Assembly: GCA_964462135.1 (NCBI GenBank)
Contig: CAYWWK010000001.1
Location: forward strand, 203,913-235,912
Length of the DNA: 32,000 bases
Direction: 5' to 3'
Source: an uncultured Eggerthellaceae bacterium
GTDB lineage: Bacteria; Actinomycetota; Coriobacteriia; Coriobacteriales; Eggerthellaceae
Under the pieces are notes generated by a model that saw only the letters and a list, made by a program, of their open reading frames with translations, ran no database searches and was not told the DNA's origin. Shown in pieces: positions 7,356 through 16,922 of the stretch. The stretch's first letter is position 1. Each line of letters begins with the position of its first letter. The translations under genes were made by a program, and so were the position numbers.

Positions 7356-8633
7356 ATGGCGTTGATAGTTGCAAAGTTCGGGGGAACATCGGTCGGGTCA
7401 CCTGAGAGGATACAGGGAGTGGCAGATCGCCTCATCAAGATTCGCGAAGCAGGCAATCAGGTTGTTGCCGTGGTATCTGCCATGGGAAAGACCACTGATG
7501 AGCTGATGGCCTTGGCTGCTGCCGTGAACGATGATCCGCCAGCACGCGAACTCGACAGACTGCTCTCCACCGGGGAACAGGTTTCCATGACGCTTCTGGC
7601 CCTGTCCTTGGAAGCCAAGGGATACAAGGCGATCAGCTATACCGGACGGCAGGCTGGCATCCTGACCAATGGCACGCACAACAAGGCGAAGATCGTGAAG
7701 ATACGCAATGACCGCATCCAGCGGGCCTTGGATGCCGGATACATTCCTGTGGTCGCGGGCTTCCAGGGAATCGATGCGAACGGGGACATGACCACGCTTG
7801 GCCGTGGCGGTTCCGACACCACGGCGGTTGCCGTTGCCTGGGGCATCAAGGCTGACATCTGCGAGATATATTCCGATGTCGACGGCGTCTACACCACAGA
7901 CCCGCGCATCGCCCCCCGGGCGCGCAAGCTGGAGAGCGTCTCCTATGATGAGATGCTCGAGCTTTCCAGTGCGGGTTCGGGCGTGCTTCAGATGCGGGCG
8001 GTGGAATTCGCCAAGAAATGGGGCGTGACCATTCATTCGCGCTCGGCGTTCAGCGATGAGCCCGGGACGCTCATCAAGGAGGAGAGTCTGATGGAACAAG
8101 CTGTCATCACCGGTATCGCCCATGATACCTCTGAGATGAAGGTCACCATCCGCCACGTGCCTGACACCACCGGCGTTGCCGCCAAGGTGTTCAGCGCTCT
8201 GGCAGACAACATGGTGAACATGGACATGATCATCCAGAACACCTCTCTCGATGGAGCCACTGACATTTCCTTCACCTGTCCGGAATCGGACTTGAAGCGC
8301 GCCGTCCAGGCTATCGAGAAGGTCATGCCTGAGATTGGCGCTGCGGGTTGGGATGTGGATGAGGATATCGCCAAGGTGAGCTTGGTGGGAACGGGCATGA
8401 AGTCCTCACCGGGCGTTTCGGCCCAAGCGTTCCGCACCATGTCGGAGAACGATATCAACATCCTCGCCATCTCCACTTCCCCCATTCGCCTGTCCATGGT
8501 GATAGACGCTTCGGAAGTGCAGCATGCGGTGCAGGTGCTCCATACCGCCTTCGAGCTTGATTCCGACAGCATCTTCGAAGAGACGCAGCTTTCCGCCGAG
8601 GAGATAGCTGCCAAGATGCAGAAAGGCAGATGA
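7356..8633 (+). CDS. lysC: Aspartate kinase (alpha subunit, full length)
   Basis: 425 aa. N-terminal VAKFGGTSVGS, kinase core GRGGSDTTAVA, and two C-terminal ACT domains. Confidence 0.95.
   Translation: MALIVAKFGGTSVGSPERIQGVADRLIKIREAGNQVVAVVSAMGKTTDELMALAAAVNDDPPARELDRLLSTGEQVSMTLLALSLEAKGYKAISYTGRQAGILTNGTHNKAKIVKIRNDRIQRALDAGYIPVVAGFQGIDANGDMTTLGRGGSDTTAVAVAWGIKADICEIYSDVDGVYTTDPRIAPRARKLESVSYDEMLELSSAGSGVLQMRAVEFAKKWGVTIHSRSAFSDEPGTLIKEESLMEQAVITGIAHDTSEMKVTIRHVPDTTGVAAKVFSALADNMVNMDMIIQNTSLDGATDISFTCPESDLKRAVQAIEKVMPEIGAAGWDVDEDIAKVSLVGTGMKSSPGVSAQAFRTMSENDINILAISTSPIRLSMVIDASEVQHAVQVLHTAFELDSDSIFEETQLSAEEIAAKMQKGR
8091..8633 (+). CDS. lysC: Aspartate kinase beta subunit, an in-frame nested ORF
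   Basis: An internal AAGGAGG (8076-8082) lies 8 nt before an in-frame ATG at 8091 (MEQAVITGIAHD...). This is the position where the beta subunit starts in Corynebacterium and Bacillus lysC. Confidence 0.65.
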   Translation: MEQAVITGIAHDTSEMKVTIRHVPDTTGVAAKVFSALADNMVNMDMIIQNTSLDGATDISFTCPESDLKRAVQAIEKVMPEIGAAGWDVDEDIAKVSLVGTGMKSSPGVSAQAFRTMSENDINILAISTSPIRLSMVIDASEVQHAVQVLHTAFELDSDSIFEETQLSAEEIAAKMQKGR

Positions 8634-9679
8634 TCATGACCAAGACGATGTCAACTCATCCGGTCGTAGCGGTTGCGGGGGCAACCGGTGCGGTGGGACG
8701 TGAGTTCCTGAACGTGCTCCACCAGCTTGATTTCCCCGCCTCTGAGGTTCGCGCCTTGGCCAGTGCGCGGTCGGCGGGCAAGGAGGTGCCTTTCGAGGGG
8801 TGTGGCCAGGTGCCTGCTGGAACCCTGACGGTGCAGGAGATGACCCCTGAATCCTTCCAAGGGGTGGACATCGCGCTCTTTTCGGCAGGGGCCAGCGTCT
8901 CGAAGGCACTTCGCCAGGCTGTGGTGGATGCCGGAGCGGTCATGATTGACAATTCAAGCGCCTTCCGCATGGATGAGGATGTGCCGCTGGTAGTGCCTGA
9001 GGTCAATCCTGAGGATATCGCGTGGCATGAGGGTGTCATCGCCAATCCGAATTGCTCAACCATCCAGATGGTGGTCGCACTCAAGCCGCTCTATGACCTG
9101 TCACGCATCAAGCGCGTGGTGGTGTCGACGTATCAGGCGGCATCCGGTGCAGGCGCGGCTGCCATGGAAGAGCTCTACGACCAGACGCGCCAGTTCTTGG
9201 ATGGCGTTGCTGACGATGAGCTTTCCGTGGAGGCATTCCAGCATCGCATCGCATTCAACTGCATTCCGCATATCGATGTCTTCTTGGATGATGATTCCAC
9301 CAAGGAAGAATGGAAGATGGTGGCTGAGACGAAGAAGATCATGCATGACGATGACCTTGCCGTGGCCGCCACGTGCGTGCGCGTTCCCGTGCTGCGCTGT
9401 CATGGGGAATCCATCAATGTCGAGTTCGAAGAGGACGTCAGCGTTGACGCGGCGCGTCGCGCCCTTGAGGCAGCTCCCGGCATCACGATGATGGACGATC
9501 CAGCCAACAACGTCTATCCCATGCCGGGCCTTCTTGCCAATACTGACGGAACCTTCATTGGGCGTCTGCGCACTGACCCGTCCGTTCCTCACGGGCTTGC
9601 CTTCTGGGATGTGGCGGACCAGATCCGCAAGGGCGCGGCTTTGAATGCGGTCCAGATCGCCCAGTTGCTGTTGCCGTAA
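8630..9679 (+). CDS. asd: Aspartate-semialdehyde dehydrogenase
   Basis: 349 aa. It has the VAGATGAVG Rossmann motif, the active-site block NPNCSTI and the motif YQA.SGAG. The ATG overlaps the lysC stop (ATGA); an alternative ATG lies at 8636. Confidence 0.95.
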   Translation: MIMTKTMSTHPVVAVAGATGAVGREFLNVLHQLDFPASEVRALASARSAGKEVPFEGCGQVPAGTLTVQEMTPESFQGVDIALFSAGASVSKALRQAVVDAGAVMIDNSSAFRMDEDVPLVVPEVNPEDIAWHEGVIANPNCSTIQMVVALKPLYDLSRIKRVVVSTYQAASGAGAAAMEELYDQTRQFLDGVADDELSVEAFQHRIAFNCIPHIDVFLDDDSTKEEWKMVAETKKIMHDDDLAVAATCVRVPVLRCHGESINVEFEEDVSVDAARRALEAAPGITMMDDPANNVYPMPGLLANTDGTFIGRLRTDPSVPHGLAFWDVADQIRKGAALNAVQIAQLLLP

Positions 9680-10444
9680 GTGAAGAGGATCAGACTGGAT
9701 GCTCTCCTTGTCGAGCACGGATTGTGCTCGACGAAAGACGAGGCGTCCCGTCTCGTGTACGCGCATCAGGTGAAGGTTAAGGACGCCTACGCCGCCAGTC
9801 CTGCCATGATGGTGCCGTTGGATGCTGACATCTCCGTGAAGCGCGCCAAGCGCTTCGTCTCACGCGGAGGAGAGAAGCTCCAAGGCGCACTTGCGGCATT
9901 CGGCATCAACGTGTGCGGTCTGCGATGCATCGATATCGGTTCTTCCACCGGTGGCTTCACGGACTGCCTGCTCCAAGCGGGGGCGGCAAGCGTTGCCTGC
10001 GTGGATGTGAACTATGGGCAGCTTGCCTGGAAGGTGCGCAGCGATGAGCGCACCAGCATCTTCGAGCGCACGAACATCCGCACCGCTGATCCTGTCGAAT
10101 TGGGTGCGCCCTTCGACATGATCGTCATCGATGTGAGCTTCATCGGATTGGCCTCCCTGGCGCCCATCTTCCGTGCCCTTTCCAAAGCAGGAACGCAGTT
10201 CGTTGGCTTAGTGAAGCCCCAATTCGAGTCACGTCACGAGGAAACGGATCGGGGAATCGTGCGGGATGAGGCCGTGCGCGCACGCACCGTCGAAGAGGTG
10301 AAAGAGGCGCTGCGCCATGAGGGCTTTCGCGTGATGGATGTGGTGACGTCCTCCATTACCGGGGCGAAAGGCAACGTGGAATACCTCGTGCATGCCATCT
10401 ATGAAGGCTTGCCCCACCCGGATGAGGATTGCGTGCGCCCGTAA
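9680..10444 (+). CDS. tlyA: TlyA-family 16S/23S rRNA (cytidine-2'-O)-methyltransferase
   Basis: 254 aa. N-terminal S4-like block RLD.LLVE.GL..T...A..LV, FVSRGG.KL, and the SAM motif IDIGSSTGGFTDC. The GTG start directly follows the asd TAA. Confidence 0.9.
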   Translation: MKRIRLDALLVEHGLCSTKDEASRLVYAHQVKVKDAYAASPAMMVPLDADISVKRAKRFVSRGGEKLQGALAAFGINVCGLRCIDIGSSTGGFTDCLLQAGAASVACVDVNYGQLAWKVRSDERTSIFERTNIRTADPVELGAPFDMIVIDVSFIGLASLAPIFRALSKAGTQFVGLVKPQFESRHEETDRGIVRDEAVRARTVEEVKEALRHEGFRVMDVVTSSITGAKGNVEYLVHAIYEGLPHPDEDCVRP

Positions 10445-10474
10445 CCGGCGGCGCTCTATGCAGCAACGAAGCGG

Positions 10475-10480
10475 TATAAT
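10475..10480 (+). promoter_or_regulatory. Perfect TATAAT -10 hexamer upstream of the symporter gene
   Basis: gcggTATAATcc lies 108 nt upstream of the ATG at 10589. No convincing -35 element was found. Confidence 0.3.
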
Positions 10481-10588
10481 CCACACCCAATGGAGGAAAT
10501 GCGCCCTCACCCCGTATGCATTCACGCACTCTAAACGTTCCCTCATCCGGCATGCTGGATGGAAGCGCATTCACGAAAGGGAAGAAGA

Positions 10589-12179
<1,591 letters not shown>

Positions 12180-12196
<17 letters not shown>

Positions 12197-12620
12197 CGGG
12201 CCCTCTGTGAGCGCGCCTGTCTCAAAGGGGCTTTGCAGGGCATGTTTCGGGGTGGTCTTCGCTTGGAACGTGCTCTGCGCCATCCAGTTCCTCATAGCGC
12301 CAGCGGACTTCGCTGGCGCCTATCAGCTTGACGGCGTTGCCGGGGAGGCTGCTGTGCGCGGCATGGGGGTCACCTTCCTGATGTGGAACGCCACCTTCCC
12401 GGCCTTCTTGGCGGATCCTGATCGCTTCAAGGCGCTGGGCGTTGTGGCGCTGGTCCAGCAGATCATCGGTCTGATGGGTGAGGCCATCATCCTCTTCGGC
12501 TTGCCTGTGGGCTATGACGCACTGGCAAGCAGCATCGCACGCTTCATCGCCTTCGACGCGGCTGGGCTACTCTTGATGGGGATATCCTTCTACTTCTTCT
12601 GCAAGAGAGCCTCTGCCTGA
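12180..12620 (+). CDS. Hypothetical small membrane protein (about 4 TM segments)
   Basis: Four hydrophobic stretches (VVFAWNVLCAIQFLI, GVTFLMWNATFPAFL, VVALVQQIIGLMGEAIILFGL, AAGLLLMGISFYFF). No family was recognised. The start is uncertain (TTG at 12180 or GTG at 12207). Confidence 0.5.
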
Positions 12621-12763
12621 GCTCTGCCTTTCTTGCAGTGTGGGTCTTTGAGCGGGCAATGCTTCTTGCAGCCAGTGCAATGAACCCCCTTGAGCAGCTT
12701 CTTGCCCTCCTTCGCCGCCTTCTGCTTGCCCTTCTTGTTCTTCTTGTCCTTCTTCTTTCCCAT
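12590..12763 (-). CDS. Unannotated 57-aa Lys-rich, 4-Cys small protein
   Basis: Hand translation: MGKKKDKKNKKGKQKAAKEGKKLLKGVHCTGCKKHCPLKDPHCKKGRAQAEALLQKK. SD-like GAAGAGG lies 5 nt upstream of the ATG at 12763. Lys codons are almost all AAG, matching host usage. It sits 65 nt downstream of dapL on the same strand and is below the 60-aa cutoff of the ORF track. Confidence 0.5.
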   Translation of the reverse strand: MGKKKDKKNKKGKQKAAKEGKKLLKGVHCTGCKKHCPLKDPHCKKGRAQAEALLQKK

Positions 12764-12828
12764 GAAAGCCTCTTCTCTTGCTGGGGCTGCCTGACGGTGC
12801 AGGCGGGAAGCCCCCTGCGGCGCAGTTC

Positions 12829-14046
12829 TCAGAGTATGGCCTTGATGCGTTCAACCGCCTCTTCCGTCTGCGCGGCATCGCCGAAGGCTGTCAGGCGAAT
12901 GTAGCCCTCGCCCGCTGGCCCGAAGCCAGCACCGGGGGTGGTGACCACATGGGCCTTTTCCAGCAGCTTTCCGAAGAAGTCCCAGCTTCCCATGCCGTGA
13001 GGCGTCTTGCACCAGATGTAAGGGCTGTTGACGGCACCGTACACCTCAAGTCCGGCGCTTTCCAGGCCTTCCTTGATCAGACGGGCGTTCTTGCGGTAGT
13101 ACTCCAGGTTGTCCTCAACCTGCGCACACCCATCCGGGGTGTAGATGGCCGCGGCACCTTTCTGGATGATGTACGAGGCGCCATTGAACTTGGTGGACTG
13201 GCGTCGCATCCACAGCTCGTTCAGGCTCTGCCCTTGGCGAATCAGCGTCTCGGGGATGACCGTATAGCCACAGCGCATGCCAGTGAATCCAGCGGTCTTC
13301 GAGAAGCTGCGGAATTCGATGGCGCATGTCTTGGCGCCTTCCACCTCGAAGATGGAATGGGGGATGTCCGGTTCGGTGATGAAGCGCTCGTAGGCGGCAT
13401 CGAACATGATGAGCGCGTCATGGTCATTGGCGTAGTCCACCCACATCTTGAGCTGCTCTTTGGAAAGCACGGTGCCGGTGGGGTTGTTGGGCGAGCACAG
13501 GTAGATCACGTCCACCTCTTCCAGGGGAAGCGCCGGACAGAAGCCATTCTCAGCGGTCGTGGGCATGTAGTAGATGTTCGTCCATGCCTCGGCGTCCACG
13601 TCGTATTCGCCTGCACGGCCTTCAATGGCATTGCTGTCCACGTAGACGGGATAGACCGGATCGCACACGGCGATCTTGTTGTGGACCGACAGGATGTCCC
13701 CGATGTTTCCGCAGTCGGATTTCGCCCCATCCGAGACGAAGATCTCGTTCGGTTCGATGTCGATGCCGCGTGCGGCGAAGTCGTGTTTGGCGATGGCCTC
13801 TCGCAGGAAGTCGTAGCCTTCGTAGGGTCCATAGCCCTTGAAGGTGGCGGCATCTGCCTGCTCATCAACCGCTTCATGCATGGCGGCGCGGACGGCTGGA
13901 ACCAAGGGCAGCGTCACGTCCCCGATGCCCAACCTGATGATGCGCGCATCGGGGTTCGCCTCCTGGAAGGCTTCGGTTCTCCGGGCTATCTCCGCGAAGA
14001 GGTAGCTTCCGGGCAGTTTCTCGAAATTCTCGTTGATGCGTGCCAT
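12829..14046 (-). CDS. dapL: LL-diaminopimelate aminotransferase
   Basis: About 405 aa. The N-terminus [23 protein letters not shown] is characteristic of DapL, and the protein has a fold-type I aminotransferase body ([10 protein letters not shown] with the PLP lysine). The ATG at 14046 is preferred because GGAAAGGA lies 6-7 nt upstream; the ATG at 14052 is an alternative. Confidence 0.9.
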   Translation of the reverse strand: MARINENFEKLPGSYLFAEIARRTEAFQEANPDARIIRLGIGDVTLPLVPAVRAAMHEAVDEQADAATFKGYGPYEGYDFLREAIAKHDFAARGIDIEPNEIFVSDGAKSDCGNIGDILSVHNKIAVCDPVYPVYVDSNAIEGRAGEYDVDAEAWTNIYYMPTTAENGFCPALPLEEVDVIYLCSPNNPTGTVLSKEQLKMWVDYANDHDALIMFDAAYERFITEPDIPHSIFEVEGAKTCAIEFRSFSKTAGFTGMRCGYTVIPETLIRQGQSLNELWMRRQSTKFNGASYIIQKGAAAIYTPDGCAQVEDNLEYYRKNARLIKEGLESAGLEVYGAVNSPYIWCKTPHGMGSWDFFGKLLEKAHVVTTPGAGFGPAGEGYIRLTAFGDAAQTEEAVERIKAIL

Positions 14047-14115
14047 ATCCATCCTTTCCGATGCCTGCAGGCTGTGGATTCAAAGAGGGTTCTCCCGTTT
14101 GCGAGGTCTAGAGAT

Positions 14116-14121
14116 TATAAT
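14116..14121 (+). promoter_or_regulatory. Perfect TATAAT 7 nt upstream of the radical-SAM ATG (leaderless-type promoter)
   Basis: gagatTATAATcttgcccATG. No SD is present and the -35 element is weak. Confidence 0.45.
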
Positions 14122-14128
14122 CTTGCCC

Positions 14129-15400
14129 ATGGAGAACAGGGCACTGGAAAAGGCTCGGCAAGCCTATAGACAGGTGGAAGAGCGCTATATCAAGGCACTT
14201 GAGGCCAAGGGTCTCATCTTCGATGAGCCGCATGCCCATGCAGTGGATGTGCGAAGGCTGAAAGAGCAGCTGAAGAAACGCGGTGTCGTCTTCCGCAACG
14301 CTGGCGCATCGCTTTCTTTTGGGCATCTGTCCCAGGCATGCGAGGAGTGCACGGGGGTGAACGGTTCTGAGACCTTCTCCACTACGTTCAAATGCCACAG
14401 GGACTGCTACTTCTGCTTCAATCACAACCAGCCTGACTATGAGCGGTTCTTTCGGGAGGGGTGTCCCTGGGAGGAGACGCTTGCCCGCAGTGCGTCTGAG
14501 AACGAAAGCCTTGCCTGCATCGGCCTGACGGGTGGCGAGCCGCTGCTGGATGTGGATGAATCCATCCGTTTCCTCACGGCTGCGAAGGAGAGGTTTCCCA
14601 AGGCGCACCTGCGGATGTACACCTCAGGGGATCTACTGAGCGCTGAGACGGCAGCCCGCTTGCGGGATGCGGGGCTGGATGAGATCCGCTTCAGCGTGAA
14701 GGATGACGATTCAGTCGCCATGCAAGGGCGCGTCATCGATGCCATGCGCATCGCCAAGGGGTACATCCCGTCCGTCATGGTTGAGATGCCGGTCATTCCC
14801 GGTGCGGAAGAGCCCATGAAGAAGCTGCTCAAGACGTTCGATGAGGTGGGTGTTGACGGCATCAACCTGTTGGAGTTCTGCTTTCCGTTCTGCCACTGGG
14901 ATGAATTCGAACGCAGGGGCTTCAAGCTCAAGCGGCCGCCCTTCGAGGTGATGTATGACTATGGATACTCAGGTGGCCTGGCGGTGTCCGGTTCTGAGGT
15001 GCTCATCTTGAAGCTCATGGTCTGGGCTCTTGATGAGGGCTTGTCACTGGGGCTTCACTATTGCTCCCTCGAAAACAAGCATCGTTCGGAGATTCGCCAG
15101 AAGAACGAACGTGCACGCGGGCTGCACCCCTGCCTCACCATGGATGAGGGGACCTTCTTCCTGCAGGCGGGAAAGGCGTTCGGGCCTGATGTGCTCAAGG
15201 TCTCAGAGGTGCTTGGTGCGTTGGGCTGCACTGATGTCATCGAAGATGATGAAGAGGATTCCATCACGTTCCCCTTGGCGTATCTGAGCGCCCTTGATGG
15301 CTCATCCCTTGATCTCCAAGTGGCCTATTATGTCTACGAGACCGATGAGGATGGTGCCTACTTCATTGACGTTGCCCTGCGGGATTACTCGAACGAATAG
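14129..15400 (+). CDS. Radical SAM protein of unknown function
   Basis: 423 aa from the ATG at 14129. It has the CX3CX2C motif (CHRDCYFC), the block GLTGGEPLL and the block EIRFSVK. An N-terminal extension of about 90 aa carries an extra CEEC pair. The longer ORF-track start at 14033 would overlap dapL. Confidence 0.8.
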   Translation: MENRALEKARQAYRQVEERYIKALEAKGLIFDEPHAHAVDVRRLKEQLKKRGVVFRNAGASLSFGHLSQACEECTGVNGSETFSTTFKCHRDCYFCFNHNQPDYERFFREGCPWEETLARSASENESLACIGLTGGEPLLDVDESIRFLTAAKERFPKAHLRMYTSGDLLSAETAARLRDAGLDEIRFSVKDDDSVAMQGRVIDAMRIAKGYIPSVMVEMPVIPGAEEPMKKLLKTFDEVGVDGINLLEFCFPFCHWDEFERRGFKLKRPPFEVMYDYGYSGGLAVSGSEVLILKLMVWALDEGLSLGLHYCSLENKHRSEIRQKNERARGLHPCLTMDEGTFFLQAGKAFGPDVLKVSEVLGALGCTDVIEDDEEDSITFPLAYLSALDGSSLDLQVAYYVYETDEDGAYFIDVALRDYSNE

Positions 15401-16158
15401 TCCAAGGCTCCCGTGAAGCGGTAGGCGGCATCCGAAGCCAAGATGATGTAGTTGTCCGCACCGCCGAACTCAGGGTCGGTGGCATCCAGGGCACAGACAT
15501 GGCGAAAGGCGTCATTCAAGGTGTTCATCAGAGAGAAGAGCGCGTAGGAGCCCGTTCTGCTCAAGTCTGCCACGACGTTCATGGCATAGATGCCGCCCGG
15601 GGCGAGATGGGCTTTGATGTGGGAGAGAAACAGGGCATCAACCACGTCGTCGGGCATGCGCGCACCTTGGTACACATCATTGATGATGGCGTCATAGACG
15701 TCTTCCCGCCCAGCCAGGCAGACCGCGGCATCTCCTTCGATGATGCGAAGCCGCGTTGATTCTCCTGTGTCGGCCAAGAAGGCCTCCAGTCGATCAAGAT
15801 AGAAATGCTTCCGGGCTATCTGAATGATGCGAGGGTCGATCTCCACGACATCGAGCATCAGGTCCTGATGGGTGGTGAGCGCGTGCTTCGGCCATGCGAA
15901 ACCTCCGCCGCCCAGAAGGAGTACGCGGCGAATGGGGTGCTCTGGCAATTCTGCCTCGAAGATGGCATCGAAGCGGCGGAAGTACTCGAAGGGAAGCTCG
16001 GCCCACCGGTTTCCTTCCAGGCTGGCTGACTGGAACGTGCCGTCCAGTTCCATCACGCGCACGCGTCTGCCTTGCGTATCCGGTATGGTCATCACGCTCA
16101 CGGTTCCAAAGAGGGTGTCATAGGTTCTCTTCGAGAAGAATCTGTCCAGGAAACCCAT
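15385..16158 (-). CDS. Spermidine-synthase-fold (SpeE-like) SAM/dcSAM-dependent transferase
   Basis: 257 aa from the ATG at 16158, with GGAGG 5 nt upstream. It has the blocks LLLGGGGF, VVEIDPRII, IEGDA and YDAIINDVY. The start overlaps the stop of the upstream methyltransferase (TGATG). The 3' end overlaps the convergent radical-SAM gene by 16 nt. Confidence 0.7.
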   Translation of the reverse strand: MGFLDRFFSKRTYDTLFGTVSVMTIPDTQGRRVRVMELDGTFQSASLEGNRWAELPFEYFRRFDAIFEAELPEHPIRRVLLLGGGGFAWPKHALTTHQDLMLDVVEIDPRIIQIARKHFYLDRLEAFLADTGESTRLRIIEGDAAVCLAGREDVYDAIINDVYQGARMPDDVVDALFLSHIKAHLAPGGIYAMNVVADLSRTGSYALFSLMNTLNDAFRHVCALDATDPEFGGADNYIILASDAAYRFTGALDYSFE

Positions 16159-16898
16159 CACGACCTCCGGAAGATGAGATAGCGATTCATGCTGCCCGTT
16201 CTGCCGTCGGCAGTGAAGTCGTCCAGAAGACATGATCCTGCATCTTCGGCCTTCTGCACCAGGCGGTCTGCCTCCGCGTCGGTGAAGCTGTGGCAGAAGC
16301 GCAAGGTTTGGCTGTCGCCCTGCCAATCCAGAAAGGCATCCCCGTGCGCATCCAAGACGATACCCCTGTCGCGTCGTGCGTGATCGGTGACGCTGCGTGC
16401 CTTGTTGGCAAGGCGCTCATCCTGCATGAAGCGCCACAGGGACACCACGCAAAGCCCTCCTGGCTTCGTGATGCGGACAAGCTGGCCCATCAGGCGCATT
16501 CGAAGCTCTTCGGTGGGAACATGATGCATGAACCCGAAGCATGCCGTCAGCGAACAGAAGGGAAGCTGAAGGCTTTCCAGGGAATCGCCTTGGGCAAGCA
16601 GATGGATGATGTCGGTCTGTCTGCGGAAGACCGTGAAGCTCTCTGGCGCATCCTCATTGAGAAGCGACGCGCAGGCATCGATCCCATAAGCCACGCCCGA
16701 AAGACCTTCTTGACTCAGGAAGCGTTCGAAGCGAAGGTTGCCACAGGCTATGTCCATGACGGTGATGGGTCCTCTTTCCAGATGTCCCCCAAGACGCCGC
16801 CAGCCTTCCCATGCGTCCTGTCGGGTTCGCGAGAACGACTGGGCATGCTTCTCATAGAAGTCATTCGTGAGTCGTGCGATATCGTGAGCATAGTCCAT
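16158..16898 (-). CDS. Class I SAM-dependent methyltransferase, Trm9/ALKBH8-MT-like
   Basis: 246 aa from the ATG at 16898 (MDYAHDIARL...). Its blocks SFSRTRQDAW, MDIACGN, FGFMHHV, KPGG, DAFLDW and RFCHSF parallel yeast Trm9 blocks HFSQTRYKPW, IDVGCGN, IAVVHHW, RQGG, DVFVPW and RYYHLY. The alignment is from memory. The 159-codon upstream extension in the ORF track is rejected. Confidence 0.75.
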   Translation of the reverse strand: MDYAHDIARLTNDFYEKHAQSFSRTRQDAWEGWRRLGGHLERGPITVMDIACGNLRFERFLSQEGLSGVAYGIDACASLLNEDAPESFTVFRRQTDIIHLLAQGDSLESLQLPFCSLTACFGFMHHVPTEELRMRLMGQLVRITKPGGLCVVSLWRFMQDERLANKARSVTDHARRDRGIVLDAHGDAFLDWQGDSQTLRFCHSFTDAEADRLVQKAEDAGSCLLDDFTADGRTGSMNRYLIFRRS

Positions 16899-16906
16899 GG
16901 GGTGCA

Positions 16907-16914
16907 AGTATAAT
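16907..16914. promoter_or_regulatory. Overlapping face-to-face -10 boxes of a symmetric divergent promoter, leaderless on both sides
   Basis: On the plus strand, TATAAT (16909-16914) lies 8 nt before the Elp3 ATG at 16923. On the minus strand, TATACT (16907-16912) lies 8 nt before the methyltransferase ATG at 16898. The whole intergenic gap is 24 bp and neither side has an SD. Confidence 0.5.
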
Positions 16915-16922
16915 CGCTGGCT

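Noticed and set aside
10445-10588. Glycine riboswitch upstream of the AGCS symporter.
   Set aside because: No GGAGAG...CACCG...GGGCAA-type core segments are visible, and the gap is too short for a tandem aptamer.
12567-12904. ORFs 12567-12878 (-, 103 aa) and 12638-12904 (+, 88 aa) in the dapL downstream region.
   Set aside because: They are alternative frames of the same Lys-codon-rich stretch and read as E/G/Q or L repeats. Neither has an RBS. The 57-codon frame starting at 12763 is the only one with an SD and a sensible sequence.
12778-14169. Long ORFs antisense to recognised genes. Examples are 12778-14169 (+, 463 aa, opposite dapL), 21676-22806 (+, opposite uppP) and 4175-5047 (-, opposite pit). 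Others are 25168-26250 (-, opposite pcrA), 1043-1918 (-), 6332-7120 (+), 7398-8156 (-), 17685-18386 (-), 27363-28133 (-) and 29202-30119 (-).
   Set aside because: Each lies opposite a gene with clear family motifs. The translations are rich in R/G/H/P/A low-complexity sequence with no motifs, and there are no RBSs. They are the typical stop-poor antisense frames of high-GC DNA.
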